A stretch of DNA of 64,000 bases from Mobula hypostoma (lineage: Eukaryota): assembly GCF_963921235.1 (NCBI RefSeq), contig NC_086108.1, forward strand, positions 16,864,001 through 16,928,000, in the 5' to 3' direction. The position numbers and the translations under genes were made by a program. Shown here in pieces: positions 12,403-25,960 of the stretch; positions within the stretch are counted from its first letter, which is position 1; every line of letters begins with the position of its first letter. The notes below the pieces were generated by a model. That model saw only the letters and a list, made by a program, of their open reading frames with translations. It had not been told where the DNA came from and did no database searches.

Positions 12403-12846
12403 CATCTGGGTATCATTATAGACAGGTCTTTCGTGTGTTTTTTTTATTATAAGAGGCAAATGCAAGCCTGGTTCAAAAGCTTGTCAGATCATTATGCATA
12501 GCACAGCTTGAACGCTATGTCTATAACATGGTCTTTTGTACATATAGTGGCAAAAGACTATTCTAGTTCATGATCATACTGCTGCTGTACAAAGATCATA
12601 AATGTGGAGTTAAATGCCAATATGGACTATTCCATAGCCACTGTATGCATCATAAACACCCTTAAAATCATGCTACAGATTCTGGAGAATAGCAAGCAAC
12701 ATCTGTGCTCTATAAAAAAATCTTACTAAAGGGAGATTGCAGTAGGGACCCCATCAGTGACCCTGCAGTGCAGGTCCATTGTTTTGATCTTTTAAAGACA
12801 GTGAATGGCCTTCAATGAAATAAGCACAGGATACAGAAAGCACGGT

Positions 12847-13230
12847 CAGAATCAGAATCAAGTTTAATATCATTGACATACATTGTGAAATTTGTGTTTT
12901 GCGGCAGGAATACCGTGCAATACATGAAAAAGACTATGAATTACACAAAAAATTATATATGCATAGTGCAAAAAGAGAGCCAAATAAAAATAGTGAGATA
13001 GTTTCATGAATTCATTGTCCGTAGAGCAATCTGATGGCGGAGGGAAAGAACTTGTTCCTAAAATGTTGAGTGTGTGTCTTCTAGCTCCTGTACCTTCTCC
13101 CTAATAATACCAATGAGAAGAGGGTATATTCTGGGTGATGAGGGTTCTTAATGATGGACGCATCTTTTTGAGGATTGCCTTTGGAAGACATTCTTGATGC
13201 AGGGGCGCCTCGTGCTTATGATGGAACAGT
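12847..13230 (-). mobile_element. Rex1/Babar-type LINE 3' fragment
   Basis: TCAGAATCAGAATC tail and similarity to the 3' ends at 44640-45298 and 61950-63758. Confidence 0.65.
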
Positions 13231-13584
13231 TTCCCTTTGAGACCAACTGTTCCACAATAGGAAAATAATTTGATGACTCAAAATGTAACAGCCAGAAGTT
13301 TCAAACCATCGAGCACATCACATCATCTTGCTCATTAAAGTCCATGATGAGAGCCATCTCAGTTCTTTAACTGGCAACTCAGGCAGCCAACTAAAGCCAT
13401 GGATTGACAGGTGAGATATTCAAGTGTGAGGCTTTTCATATTACATGAAATACTTTTTTTGCCAAGTCCGTTGAGTGCTATTACCATTAAATCAAAATTA
13501 GAATGTCTGGTATTCAGTATTCCATAAAAGTCTCGAATTGCTCAGAATCTTCTTCAGGGAAGGAAGTACTCAGCAGGTTGAGGC

Positions 13585-13931
13585 TGTACAAGATAATGAG
13601 AGGCATTGATCGTGTGGATAGTCAGAGGCTTTTCCCAGGGCTGAAATGGCTAGCATGAGAGGGCATAGTCTTAAGGTGATTGGAAGTAGGTACAGAGGAG
13701 ATGTCAGGGGTAAGTTTTTTTTACATAGAGTGGTGAGTGCGTGGAATGAGCTGCTGGCAGCAGTGGTGGAGGTGGAAACAATAGGGTCTTTTAAGAGACT
13801 CCTGGACCCATGGAGCTTAGAAAAATAAAGGGCTATGGGTAAGCCTAGATAGTTCTAAGGTAAGGATATGTTCGGCAAAGCTTTGTGGGCCGAAGGGCCT
13901 GTATTGTGCTGTAGCCTTTCTATGTTCTATG
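13585..13931 (+). mobile_element. CR1 LINE 3' fragment
   Basis: RGHSLKV..RVVSAWN peptide and TTCTATG tail. Confidence 0.85.
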
Positions 13932-14134
13932 ATTATAGTCCATATTGACGTTTTTATTGCACGTTTCCTTATAGTTTTAGTTTTTTTATGCTAGCCTACA
14001 TGTTTGTATAATAAGGTGGTTGTCTGTAATCTTTAAATAATGTAATATATTTAGTTCAATATCTCTGTAGTTTCTTTGTCTGCAAAGCTTAAGTGTGACT
14101 CAGATAGTACCTTTTCACAGGTTTCTTAATCTAA

Positions 14135-15350
14135 ACATGAGAAAGTGTGCAGATGCTAGAAATCCAAAGCAACACACACAAAGTAGTGGAGGAACTCAAC
14201 AGGTTAGGCAGCATCTATGGAAAAGAGTAAACAGTCGATGTTTCGGCAGGAACCCTTCATCAAGACTAGAAAGGAAGAGGAGAAGTCAGAACAAGAAGGC
14301 GGGGGGAAGGGAGGTAAAAAAATTGAAAGGTGGTAGGTGATTGTTGAAACCTGGAGCGGGGATGGGGGAAGCAAACAGCTGGGAATATGGTGGAAGATAT
14401 AAAGGGCTGGAGAAGGGGAATCTGATAGGAGAGGACAGAAGACCATGGAAGAAAGGGAAAGGGGAGGAGCACCAGAGGGAGGTGATGGGCAGGTAGGAGA
14501 AAAGATGGGAGACAGTGACAGAAATAGGGAAATGGTGAAGGAGCTAGGGGGCGGGACAGTTACTTGAAGTTCGAGAAATCGATGTCAATGCCATCAGGTT
14601 AGAGGGTACCCAGACTGAATACAAGATGTTGTTCCTCCAACCTGAGTGTGGTCTCATTACGGCAGTAGAGGACGCAATGGACTAACATGTCGGAATGGGA
14701 AATAGAATTGAAATTAATGGCCATGGGCAAGATCCCACTTTTTCTGGCACACAGAATGAAGCGGTCTCCCAATCTACATTGGGTCTCACCTATACACGAG
14801 GCCACAACGGGAGTACTGGATATAGTAGATGATCCCATAGGCTCTCAGGTGAAGTGTCACCTCACCTGAAAGCACTGTTTGGGGCCTTGAATGGTAGTGA
14901 GGGAGGAGGTGTAGGGCAGGTGTGGCACTAGTTCTGCTTGCAAGGATAAGTAACAGGTCAGAGGTCAGTGGGGAGGGATGAGTGGACAAGGAGGGAAGGC
15001 TGGGTTCTGAGTTGGATGATCAGCCATGATCATAATAAATGGCGGTGCAGGCTCGAGGGGCCGAATGGCCTACTCCTGCACCTATTTTCTATGTTTCTAT
15101 GTTTCTATGTAGGGAGCGATCCCTGCAGGAAGCAGAAAGTGGGAGGAAAAAAAGAAGTGCTTGGTGGTAGGATTATGTTGGAGATGCCATAAGTTACAGA
15201 GAATTATATGCTGGACATGGAGCGAGAGGGGTGGTACGTGAAGTTAAGAGGAACCCTATCCCTGGTGTGGTGACGGGCAGATGAAGCGAAGGCAGCATTG
15301 ATGGCAGAGGAAAGGAAGCCTCTGGAATGAAAAGTCTCAGCATGAGAGCT
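14135..15350 (-). mobile_element. Older degraded Penelope-like element, with degenerate hammerhead at 14232-14268
   Basis: pLTR-like end and IGETQCRLGDRF..TLRLEEQHLVF remnants. Confidence 0.75.
14995..15110 (+). mobile_element. Short young CR1 3'-UTR insertion nested in the old PLE
   Basis: Matches the 3' ends at 51616-51840 and 58106, with a (TTTCTATG)n tail. Confidence 0.8.
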
Positions 15351-15360
15351 GATGCAGAAT

Positions 15361-16240
15361 ATTGGGTGTTGCTCCTCTACCCTCAGGGTAGCCTCATCTT
15401 AGCATAAGATGAAGGCCATGGACCGATTTGTCAGAAAAGTAATGGGAATGGGAATTAAAATGTTTAGCTACCAGGTAGTTCTACTTATGGCGGATGGAAT
15501 GGAGATGCTCAATGAAGCAGTCCCTCAATTTATGACTGGTCTCACCAATGTAGAGGATGCCACATTGGGAGCACTGGATAAAATAGACAACCAAAGTAGA
15601 TTCAAAGGTGAAGCATTGCCACACCTGGAAGGATTGTTTGGGGCCCTGAATGGAGGTGAGGGAGGTGGTGTATGGGCAGGTGTAGCACTTAGGCCGCTTG
15701 CAGGGATAAATGCCAGGAGGGAGATTAGCAGGGAGGGTCGAATGGACAAGGGAATCACAGAGCTGTGGAAAGCAGGGGGAGTAATGATATGTTTAGTGAT
15801 GGAATCCCTTTGGAGATGGCAGAGGTTGCGGAGGATAATGTGTTGGATGCAGAGGCTGATAGGGCGGTAGGTAAGGACAAGAGGAACTCTATCACTGTTA
15901 AGATGGCAGAAGATGGAGTGAGTGTGGATGTTCAGGAAATAGAGGTAAAGCAGTTAAGGGCAACATCAATAGTGGAGGGAGGGAAACCGTCCTTTGAAGG
16001 AGGAAGACAATTCTGATGTCCTCGAATGGACAGCCATGACCTGGGAACAAACGCAGTGGAGGCAAAGGAGCTGAGAAAAGGGAATAGCATTTTTACAGGA
16101 GATAGGGTGGGAAGAGTTATAGTCAAGATAAGTATAGGAATCAGGTTTATAGATGAAGACAGAAAGAAAGAAAAAGAGGAGGGAGGTGTCAGAGATGAAC
16201 CAAGTGAATTTAAGAGCAGGGTTGAAGTTATGAAGTTCAG
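15361..16240 (-). mobile_element. Second degraded Penelope-like fragment (RT thumb to endonuclease)
   Basis: NFNPALKFTWFISDTSL..YLDYNSSHPISCKNAIPFSQ. Confidence 0.75.
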
Positions 16241-16790
16241 AAATGCATAAGAAGGAAAAGAACTGGTATTGCCTACAAAATGCTAAACTTTTAACTTGGA
16301 TGATTAAGTGGCATAAGTGATGCTGACATGAAGTGACAGGAGGTAGATTCAAAGGAATCAAAAAATCTTTTGCTGATACACTTTGAGTTCCTGCTGATAT
16401 ATACTGCCTGTACTAAAGTGCTCTTTGCTGTCATTTTGAACCACTGAAACGGTTTTATCCAGAGGAAATCACATTTTCATTGCTTTTAAGCCATTACTTT
16501 GCTCCCTTAAACCACCCATATAGTTTTCATGTAGTCTCTTAGAAGCTTTCTACTTAATTAATTTCAATTCATGAGCTGGCTTGGTAGATTTTACACACCA
16601 GTTCATCAACCCAAGCCTCTAGATTAATAGTATATCATACACTATGCTATCATGTACTCAAACTAATGATGACAAAAGTCATAGATATCATGTAAACAGC
16701 TTAATATAGTAGCTAGTTATGGAAACATAGTAAACTGGGGCGATTTAAAGGATCCTAATAAGAGTTATTCGATATCAGAGTTCAAACTAC

Positions 16791-16847
16791 CTCATTAGCG
16801 CTGTGCTGTGATGTGGGATTGTCACCAACAAATAATCTTCATCCATC
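16791..16847 (-). CDS. Candidate internal exon of host gene (57 nt, xMDEDYLLVTIPHHSTALMx)
   Basis: Acceptor tgtttctcttctag, donor GAG|gtagtt. Only one frame is open, and AG+T joins the 7375-7471 exon as Ser. Confidence 0.55.
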
Positions 16848-17339
16848 CTAGAAGAGAAACATTTCTCTACCACTGCAAAAACTCCCAGTCGAAGAAAACA
16901 AAGAAAACTCTGCCAGAGAGCTGCAAAGTGAGCTGCTGCAATTCAGGCTTCATTGGAAAAGAAATTTTGTAGTGGGATTATGTTACCGATAATAGGAGTA
17001 ATACAAATTACAAAGAACGTGGATGGTGATAGGCTGAGCCAAAAGCAACCTTCCATTATTTTGGCACGTTGTCTGCTGGGTCAGAAAGGAAGGAGCTTGA
17101 AGGACAGCAGCATAGAAAATTGTACAAAGCTTGGTCAAGCTCTTTGAAAAACTAGGTGAAAGGAAAGCACCAACAATGAAAAAGACATTTTTAAAGCCTC
17201 ACTGAATAAGGTAACATCATTGCAGTTTTGAGACAATTTATTACTGAATTCATTGCAAATTTCTCCAAGAATGGCTACCTTTGATGGAATTTCCATGTCT
17301 CTTTTACCTAACCTATCCTCTTTCCTGTGCTCAATTGTT

Positions 17340-17700
17340 ACATAGAACATAGAAAAGTACAGCACAGTACAGGCCCTTCGGCCCACAATGTTGTGCCGAC
17401 CCTTAAACCCTGCCTCCCGTATAACCCCCCACCTTAAATTCCTCCATATACCTGTCTAGTAGTCTCTTAAATTTCACTAGTGTATCTGCCTCCATCACTG
17501 ACTAAGGCAGTGCATTCCACACACCAACCACTCTCTGGTAAAAAATCTTCCACTAATATCCCCCTTGAACTTCCCACCCCTTACCTTAAACCCATGTCCT
17601 CTTGTATTGAGCAGTGGTGCCCTGGGGAAGAGGCGCTGGCTGTCCACTCCATCTATTCCTCTTAATATCTTGTATACCTCTATCATGTCTCCTCTCATCA
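17340..17700 (-). mobile_element. CR1 LINE 3' fragment
   Basis: RGDMIEVYKILRGID.. peptide and CATAGAA tail. Confidence 0.85.
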
Positions 17701-18334
17701 TAATGCATACTTTGAGCTTCGTATTTTTCTCTGGTGGTTGTTCTGCTATCTGTGTTCTGCTCTCGACAGCATATTATTTTCCTTTCTTTAATTTGCTTAA
17801 TATAATACTTGCTCCCAAGACTAGACTGGAACTGAAACCTTGCATTTAATCTTAATGTATCTCATCATACTAAGTAGGAAAGACTCAGCACAGTTCTGGC
17901 AACTTTAAACGAGGAATTCATGAGGCATTCCCAATCTATCACCAGCAGCAGAAAAGTACATCACACTTCAAGGGCCAAAGTTCAAAGTAAATTTATTATC
18001 AAAGTACATAGATGTTACCAGAGATTAATTTTCTTGTGAGCATTCACAGTAAATACAAAGAAGCACAATAGAATCAATGAAGAACTGCAAAGATGGGCAA
18101 ACAACCAATATGCAAAAGACACAAATTGTACAAATACAAAAGAGAAAATGATAGATAGATAAATAGATAGAAATGCAGATCAGTTCAATTTGTAACTTCA
18201 ATGCCTCAACCAATACTATCAAGCCAGGAAATCACCCTATTTCAATGAAGAAGGCATCATTAGGCGTGCCTGATAATGAGGCACATAATGCATGTAAGGC
18301 TATATGTATGCAATATTTCAGATCTCAAATGTTT

Positions 18335-19091
18335 CGTATTCTGCATGGAGGTCGGTGACCAGTGGTGTTCCACAGGGATCTGTTCTGGGACCTCTCCTCT
18401 TTGTAATTTTTATAAATGACCTGGATGAAGAAGCAGAAGGGTGGATTAGTAAATTGACAGATAACACAAAGGTTGGGGGTGTTGTTGATAGTCTGGAGGG
18501 TGACACCGTGAGGTAATGTTACACCTAGATAAGACCTTGGTCAGACCCCACTTAGAGTACTGTGTTCAGTTTTGGTCACCTTACTACAGGAAGGATGTAG
18601 ATACTATGGAGAGTGTGCAGAGGAGATTTACAAAGATGTTGCCTGGATTGGAGGGTGTATTTTATGAGAAAAGGTTGAGTGTACTTGGCCTTTTCTCCTT
18701 GGAGTGACAGAGCATGAGAGGTGGCCTGATAGAGGTGTATAAGATGATGAGGGGCATTGATCATGATCATGTGGATAGTCAGAGGCCTTTTCCCAGGGCT
18801 CAAATGGCTAACACAAGAGGGCACAGTTTTAAAGTGCTTGGAAATGGGTACCGATGGATGGCAGTGGTAAGTTTTTTTTTTACACAGAGAGTGGTGGGTG
18901 TGTGGAATGCACTGCCGGCAGTGGTAGTGGAATCAGAGTCTTTTAAGAGCCTCTTAGATAGGTACATGGAGCTTAGAAAAATAGAGGGCTGTGCGCTAGG
19001 GAAATTCTAGGCAGTCTCTAGAGTAGGTTACATGGTCGTCACAACATTGTGGGCCTGTAATATGCTGTAAATTTCTATATTCTATGTTCTA
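18335..19091 (+). mobile_element. CR1 LINE fragment with internal deletion
   Basis: [21 protein letters not shown] jumps to [15 protein letters not shown], followed by a CR1 tail. Confidence 0.85.
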
Positions 19092-19730
19092 ATAATGGCT
19101 GTGTTCCTTCTCACAGTTCCACCACTACTTTTTATTTTATCTTGCCCTTAATATTCCCCCTCTATTCCTCCTCCCAGTCAGATAGCTATTGACATGGCAC
19201 CACAGCATTTATGTCAATTGGATCTCTCTTGGTGTCCACCTAAATGCAAACATTCTGTTTGTACTGTCCAACCCTTCCTATCTCTGCAACATAACGTATT
19301 TATCTTCCTTCTCCTTTTTCATGTTCTGCTAAAAGATTATCAACCTGAAAGGTTAATTCTGCCTCTTTCTCCAAAGCTGCTGCCTGACCTGCTGGAAATC
19401 TCCAGTATTTCATGTTTTATTTTTGTCAGATTTTCACTCTCTGCAATTGTTTTGCCTTTTAAATAATATTCTAATCTATTCACAATTCCTCAACAAATAA
19501 AGCTCTCCACACATAAGCAACAGTATGACATGGCTGATGAGTGATGAATACACTGATTATCTCTAACGCTAAACTTATGCACTTTAAGTCTTAGGGACAT
19601 CTACCAAGGAGAAATGTTTCTTACTTTTGATCCTACTTATGCTTCTGATAACTTTGGATACATCTGGCAGGGCAATTTCCCCATACCCCACAACCTCCTC
19701 TACTCCACGGAATGAATAGATGGAGATAGC

Positions 19731-21840
19731 TACTTTATCGATCCCAAAGGAAATTACAGTGTCACAGTAGCATTACACATTCACAGATACACAATATTAG
19801 AAGAGAAGAAGAAGAAGAAGAAGAAGAAATGAAAAAAATAAGTTACCTTAAACAGTCTAACAGGAGAGGGTCATCAGCTCCCTGGCTATAGGTAGACTCA
19901 TTATAGAGCCTGATGTCCAAGGGCAAGAATTACCTCATAGTGCACTCTTTGCAGCAGTGCAGTTTTCTTAGTCTATTACTGAAAGTGCTGCTCTTTTCAG
20001 CCAAGGTGGCATGCAAAGGGTGAGAAACATTGTCCAGAATTGCCAGGATTTTCCATGGGATCCATTGTTCTACCACAGCCTCCAGTGTGTCCAGTTTGAC
20101 TCCTATAACAGAGCTAGTCTTTCTAATCAGTTTATTGAGCTTATTGGCATCACCCATGTTGGTGCCATTGTCCCAGCACACCACTGCATAAAAGATTACA
20201 CTGGCGACAACAGATTGGTAGAACATGTGAAGGGGAGGCCTGAATACTCTCAAAGGACCTCAGTCTCCTCAGGAAGTAGAGACTACTCTGGTTCTTCTTG
20301 TACACAGCCTCTGTGTTGGTGCTCCACTCAAGTTTGTCATCCAGGTACTTTAGACCTTCACCACATCCATGTCCCCACCATCAATGGTAACAGGGAGCAG
20401 TACAGCCTTAGTCTCCCTAAAGTTCATCACCATCTTTGTTTTACTGATGTTGAGCTGCAGATGATTTGGACAAAGTCCTCCACCAGGCCCTGTATTCATC
20501 CTCTTGCCCTCCCTTTATACACCCAACTATTGCTGAGTTATCCGAGAATTTCTGCGGATGACACGACTCAGTGTTGTACCGAAAGTCCAAGGTATACACG
20601 GTAAACAGGAAGGGAGCCAATACAGTCCCCTGAGGAGCCACACTGCTGCTTACTGCTCTGAAGCCACACAAACTGGCCTGCCAGTCAGGTAGTCCATTAC
20701 CCAGGATACAATGGAAGTGTCAACCTGCACTGAACAGAGCTTTCCCCCCAGCAATGAGGGCTGTATGGTATTGAAGGCACTTGAGAGATCAAAAAACATG
20801 ATCTCACAGTGCTGCCCTGCTTATCCAAATGGGAGTAGGCTCTGTTCAGCAGGACAGCATCATTAACTCCTGTGCTCCTGGTAGGCAAAATGCAGGGGAT
20901 CGAGGGTTGATCTGAGCAGGGGTCAGAGTGAGCCAGGACCAGCCTCTCTAGGGTCTTCATGACGTGTGAGGTCAGGGTCACAAGACAGTAGTCATTCAAG
21001 ACTTTCGGTCGGCCCTTCTTGGGTACTGGGACCAAACATGATGTTTTCCACACAGTCAGGACTCTTTCCAGGCTGAGACTCAGACTGAAAATGCACTGCA
21101 GAACTCCACACAACTACTCAGCACACTCCTTCAGGACCCTGGGTCACACCATATGGTCCCAATGCTTTGCCATGTCTGAGTTTCCCTAGAGCCCTTCTCA
21201 CCTGCTCAGTAGTGACAGAGAATCTAAAATGACTGAAAAGTTGGTGGAGGTGGGGGCTGGGGGAGGTGATGATTGAGACGATAGCAGCTGGTATGTGGAG
21301 GTATGGTAGGTGCAGGAAAAGAGAGGGGATATAGACAGTGGTAGCCTGTGTTGTTCATCCACGTGTTGAACTAGAGGGAGGAGGCAGGAGTTGGTGCTGA
21401 GGAAGCATTGGGTGTCTCGACACCTGGACTGGTGTGCTGTGGGTATTGTGAACAGGAGGGCAATTGTCAAAGCTATTAAAGAATTAGTTTAACTAATTAG
21501 TCCACTCACGGCTGCATTTCAAGGCACGACAGCTAGGCATTGAAGCCAGTGATGTTCTTCATGCTTCTCCATACCTCTTGTGTGCTACTCTGCCCAAGTT
21601 TATTCTCCAGCTCCCTCCTATATTCCTCTTTAGTCAGCTTGATCGTCTCCTTTAGCTCCCTCTGCACAAGTTTCAATTCCTTCCCGTCTCCTGATCTAAA
21701 GCTCTCTTTTGTGGTTCAGAAGACCCTTCAGATCACTGGTGACCCATGGTTTATTGTTAGGGAAGCAGCAAACAGTCCTTGATGGTATTACAGTGTCCAC
21801 ACAACAGAAGCCCAGACTATGCAGTCTCTCATAACTGGAG
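19731..21840 (-). mobile_element. Degraded Rex1/Babar-type LINE
   Basis: WKTSCLVPVPKK..LTSHVMKTLERLV, APQGTVLAPFLFTVYT and FYQSVVASVIFYAVVCW. A (GAA)n tract lies at 19805-19828. Confidence 0.8.
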
Positions 21841-22000
21841 CATGGAATGGACAGATTGCCTCACGTGGAAAAGTTGGTAATCTGGGTTTGCATCTACTGT
21901 AGATTAAAAAAGCAAAAGGTGACTAAATTGAAACATCTTGAACAAGCTTTGCAGCATAATTGTGGAGAGGAAATTTCCTGCATTGGAGATTCTAGAACAA

Positions 22001-23100
22001 TATACTTTATACTTTATTGTCGCCAAACAATTGATACTAGAACGTACAATCATCACAGCGATGTTTCATTCTGCGCTTCCTGCTCCCTGGATTACAAATC
22101 AATAGTAAATATTAAAAATTTAAATTATAAATCATAAATAGAAAATAGAAAAATGGAAAGTAAGGTAGTGCAGAAAAACCAAGAGGCAGGGCCGGATATT
22201 TGGAGGGTATGGCCCAGATCCGGGTCAGGATCCGTTCAGCAGTCTTATCACAGTTGGAAAGAAGCTGTTCCCAAATCTGGCCATACGAGTCTTCAAGCTC
22301 CTGAGCCTTCTCCTGGAGGGAAGAGGGACGAAAAGTGTGTTGGCTAGGAGGGTCGTGTCCTTGATTATCCTGGCAGCATTGCTCCGACAGTGTGCGGTGT
22401 AAAGTGAGTCCAAGGACGGAAGATTGATTTGTGTGATGTGCTGCGCCGTGTTCACGATCTTCTGCAGCTTCTTCCGGTCTTGGACAGGACAACTTCCATA
22501 CCAGGTTGTGATGCACCCTAGAAGAATGCTTTCTACGGTGTATACATAATAATTAGTGAGGGTTGTAGGGGACAGGCCAAATTTCTTTAGTTTTCTCAGG
22601 AAGTAAAGGCACTGGTGGGCCTTCTTGGCAGTGGACTCTGCTTGATTGGACCAAGTCAGGTCATTTGTGATATTGACCCCGAGGAACTTAAAGCTTTTGA
22701 CCTGTTCCACTTGCGCACCCCCGATGTAAATTGGGTCGTACGGTCCGCTACTCCTTCTGAAGTCAACAACCAATTCCTTCGTCTTGCTGACATTGAGGGA
22801 TAGGTTATTGTCTTCGCACCATGCCACCAGGTTCTTAATTTCCTCTCCATACTCAAACTCATCACTACCCAAGATATGGCCTACAATTGTTGTGTCATCA
22901 GCAAACTTATATATTGAGTATGATGGAAACTTGGCTACACAATCATGGGTGTACAGTGAGTACAGCAGGAGGCTGAGTACACAGCCTTGTGGGGCACCGG
23001 TGCTCAGAGTGATTGTAGAGGAGAGCTTGTCCCCTATTTTTACAGCCTGGGTCCTGTCTGTAAGGAAGTTGAAGATCCAGCTGCAGATCTGAGTGCTAAG
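22001..23100 (-). mobile_element. 5'-truncated Rex1/Babar-type LINE with open RT C-terminal frame
   Basis: ORF 22225-23127: [46 protein letters not shown]. Confidence 0.88.
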
Positions 23101-24105
23101 GTAGCTGTTTAAAAATAAGAGGGGCATTCATTTAAAACGAAGATGAGAAAAATTCTTTAGAGATTTTTTTTTAAGAGAAGTTTCTGATAAACAACGGTCT
23201 ACTGACATTACACAGTAGCTAAGGGTATAATTGGACCAGCCGTTCATACTGAATGGCAGAGCAGGTTTAAGGGCCAAGAGGCCTACTGCTCTTAATTCTG
23301 TTTGTATCTGTTGTCTGAAATCTCTAACATCACCCACCATCCATTTCATCAGCTCTACCACCGAGAACAACAAGAATAGCAGCTTCATGGGAAAACCACC
23401 ACCAGCACACTCCCCTCCAAATTGCGCACCATCCTGGCCTGGACATATACAATGTCATGATTACTGGGATTAAATCCTAGAATTTCCCTCTCAACAACAC
23501 TGTGGGAGTACCTTCACCAGAAAGAAGACAGTTAACGAAGGCTGCTGCTCACCACTATCTCCTCTGGGACTATTAACCATGGGTAAAAAGTGCTGCCTTT
23601 GGCTTCCCACAAAAATTAATAAATGTAAAGAAACTCATGAAAATTTGAGAATCAACCAATTTTTATCTGAGGGAGAAACACACAACCTTGATGAACACAA
23701 TTATTATGAAAGGAATAGCACTTTCAAAAACATCATCCCTTATGAGCCATCCAAATGGATACCTGTCATGAATAATTTATACATTGCTTTCATTTGCATC
23801 AACCCAGCATCTAATTGAGTGAGAAAGGAGCCTGGGGAAATACTCGCACATTTGGCATTCAAATGCCACTATCAGCAGGGTTTCTTCTGAACACATACTG
23901 TACCAACCACTTAAGGGGCCAGAAATAATTTCCACAAATTACAGAGCACTCTACAAATGGGGTTTAATCTTTTCTTTAAATAGTTTCATTTTGGGAAAAC
24001 TTATTTTATGACGGCAATTGCATTTAAGATTGCATTCTCCCATCATGGGTTTGAGATATTATGGTTAAATTTGTACGCAGCTGCTCTCATGTTTAGCATC
24101 TCAAA

Positions 24106-24445
24106 AATAGAAACACAGAAAACCTACAGCACAATACAGGCCCTTCAGTCCACAATGCTGTCCTTACCTGAGAAATTACCTAGGATTACCCATAGCCCTC
24201 TATTTTTCTGAGCTCCATATACCTGTCCAGGAGTCTCTTGAAAGACCCTATAGTATCCGCCTCCACCACTGTCACCGGCAGCCCGTTCCACGCACTCACC
24301 ACTCTCTGTGTAAAGAACTTACCCTTGATATCTCCTCTGTACCTACTTCCAAGCACCTTAAAACTGTGCCCTCACGTGCTAGCCATTTCAGCCCTGGGAA
24401 AAAGCCTCTGACTATCCACACAATCAATGCCTTATCTTATACACA
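24106..24445 (-). mobile_element. CR1 LINE 3' fragment
   Basis: Reverse complement of the 13585-13931 family. Confidence 0.8.
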
Positions 24446-24978
24446 AAATAGGTTATATGTTCCATAGAAGGTAATTTTTACAATCAATAATGCAGATGTA
24501 GTTTTGTAATTACTTTTAACCTTAAGTTCAGGACTTACAAATGCAATACCAGAAGACAATTATAAGACAGATAAAATTCTATTACAAGTGCAGATAATAT
24601 TATTTAGTATAAAACTAAAACCTGGAAATCTCAAGAATGTCACTCAATTCCAAAAAAAGTAATTAGTACTTTGTAATTTGACATCTAACCTAAAGCAAAT
24701 TATTAATGCATTACAGACTAAAGAAATCAATGAAGTATTAGAACATTCACACACAATAATGCATGCAGTTGGTTCAATTTCCTCTCTCTGATTCTCAAAC
24801 TCCCAGAGGTATTTGTAATAGACTAAACCCTATGAGAACTCTGATGCAAATCACACCAGCCTTCTTGTTTTCTCTTTCCACATAAGTCTACCTCTCCATT
24901 TCAATTTTTTCCCCCTTCTGTCTGTAACTGTCAGTTTATAAAGTAATTATCTTAATAATTTTAGTCTGTGCCTTACAA

Positions 24979-25960
24979 CAAGACATAGGACCAAAACAAG
25001 GCCATTCAGCCTATCGAGTCTGCTCCGCCATTTCATATGGCCTGATCCATGTCCCTCTCAACCCCATTCTCCTGCCTTCTCCTAGTAACCTTTCATGCCC
25101 TGAGTGACCAAGAACCTATCAACCTCTGCCTTAAATGTATTCAGTGACCGAGCCTCCACAGCCGCCTGTAGCAACAAATTCCACAGTTTCCCCACACTCT
25201 GGCTAAAGAAATTCCTCGTCAGCTCCGTTCTAAATGAATGTCCCTCTGTTCTACAATTGTGCCCTCTGGTCCTAGACTCCTGCACCATAGGAAACATCCT
25301 CTTCACATCCACTATATAGGCATTTCAACATTAAATATGTTTCAATGAGATCCCCACCCCCCTCATTCTTCTAAACTCCAGGGAGTACAAGCCCAGAGCA
25401 ATAATTGATCCTCATATGACAAGCCTTTCATTCCCAGAATTATTCTCGTGAACTTCCTCTGAATCCTCTCCAACATCAGCACATCCATTCTTAAATAAGG
25501 GGCCCAAAACAGCTCACAATACTCTGTATACAGACATAACTCCTCCAGTCCTGTATCCTTCACCATTTTCGATTTTGTCCCCCTTTAACACTGCAATTCA
25601 TCCTACTGACTGAAATTTTTTGCCCTATCATCTGCCTTTCCTTCCTGCCAGTCTCACGACACACCGCATCTAGTTGTATACCACTGCCCCTACCCTCAGC
25701 CCTGTCACTTCAGTTCCCAACCCCCCTGCCAAATTAGTTCAAACCCACCTCATCAGCTTTAGCAAAACTGCTATCAGTCCCCCTCGGGTTCAGATGTAAC
25801 CTGTCCCCTTTTGTACACGCCATAACTTCCCTAGAAGAGATCCCAAAGATCCAGAAATCTGTAACCCTGCCCCCGGCACCAGTTTCTCAGCCACGCGTTG
25901 ATCTACCAAATCATCCTATTCTTACCCTCACTGGTATATGGCACAGGCAGCAAGCCACAG
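24979..25960 (-). mobile_element. Degraded CR1: 3' end joined to an ORF1 esterase-region fragment
   Basis: RTRGHN..FFSQSVGKLWN. 25560-25960 resembles the CR1 ORF1 end and inter-ORF region. Confidence 0.7.
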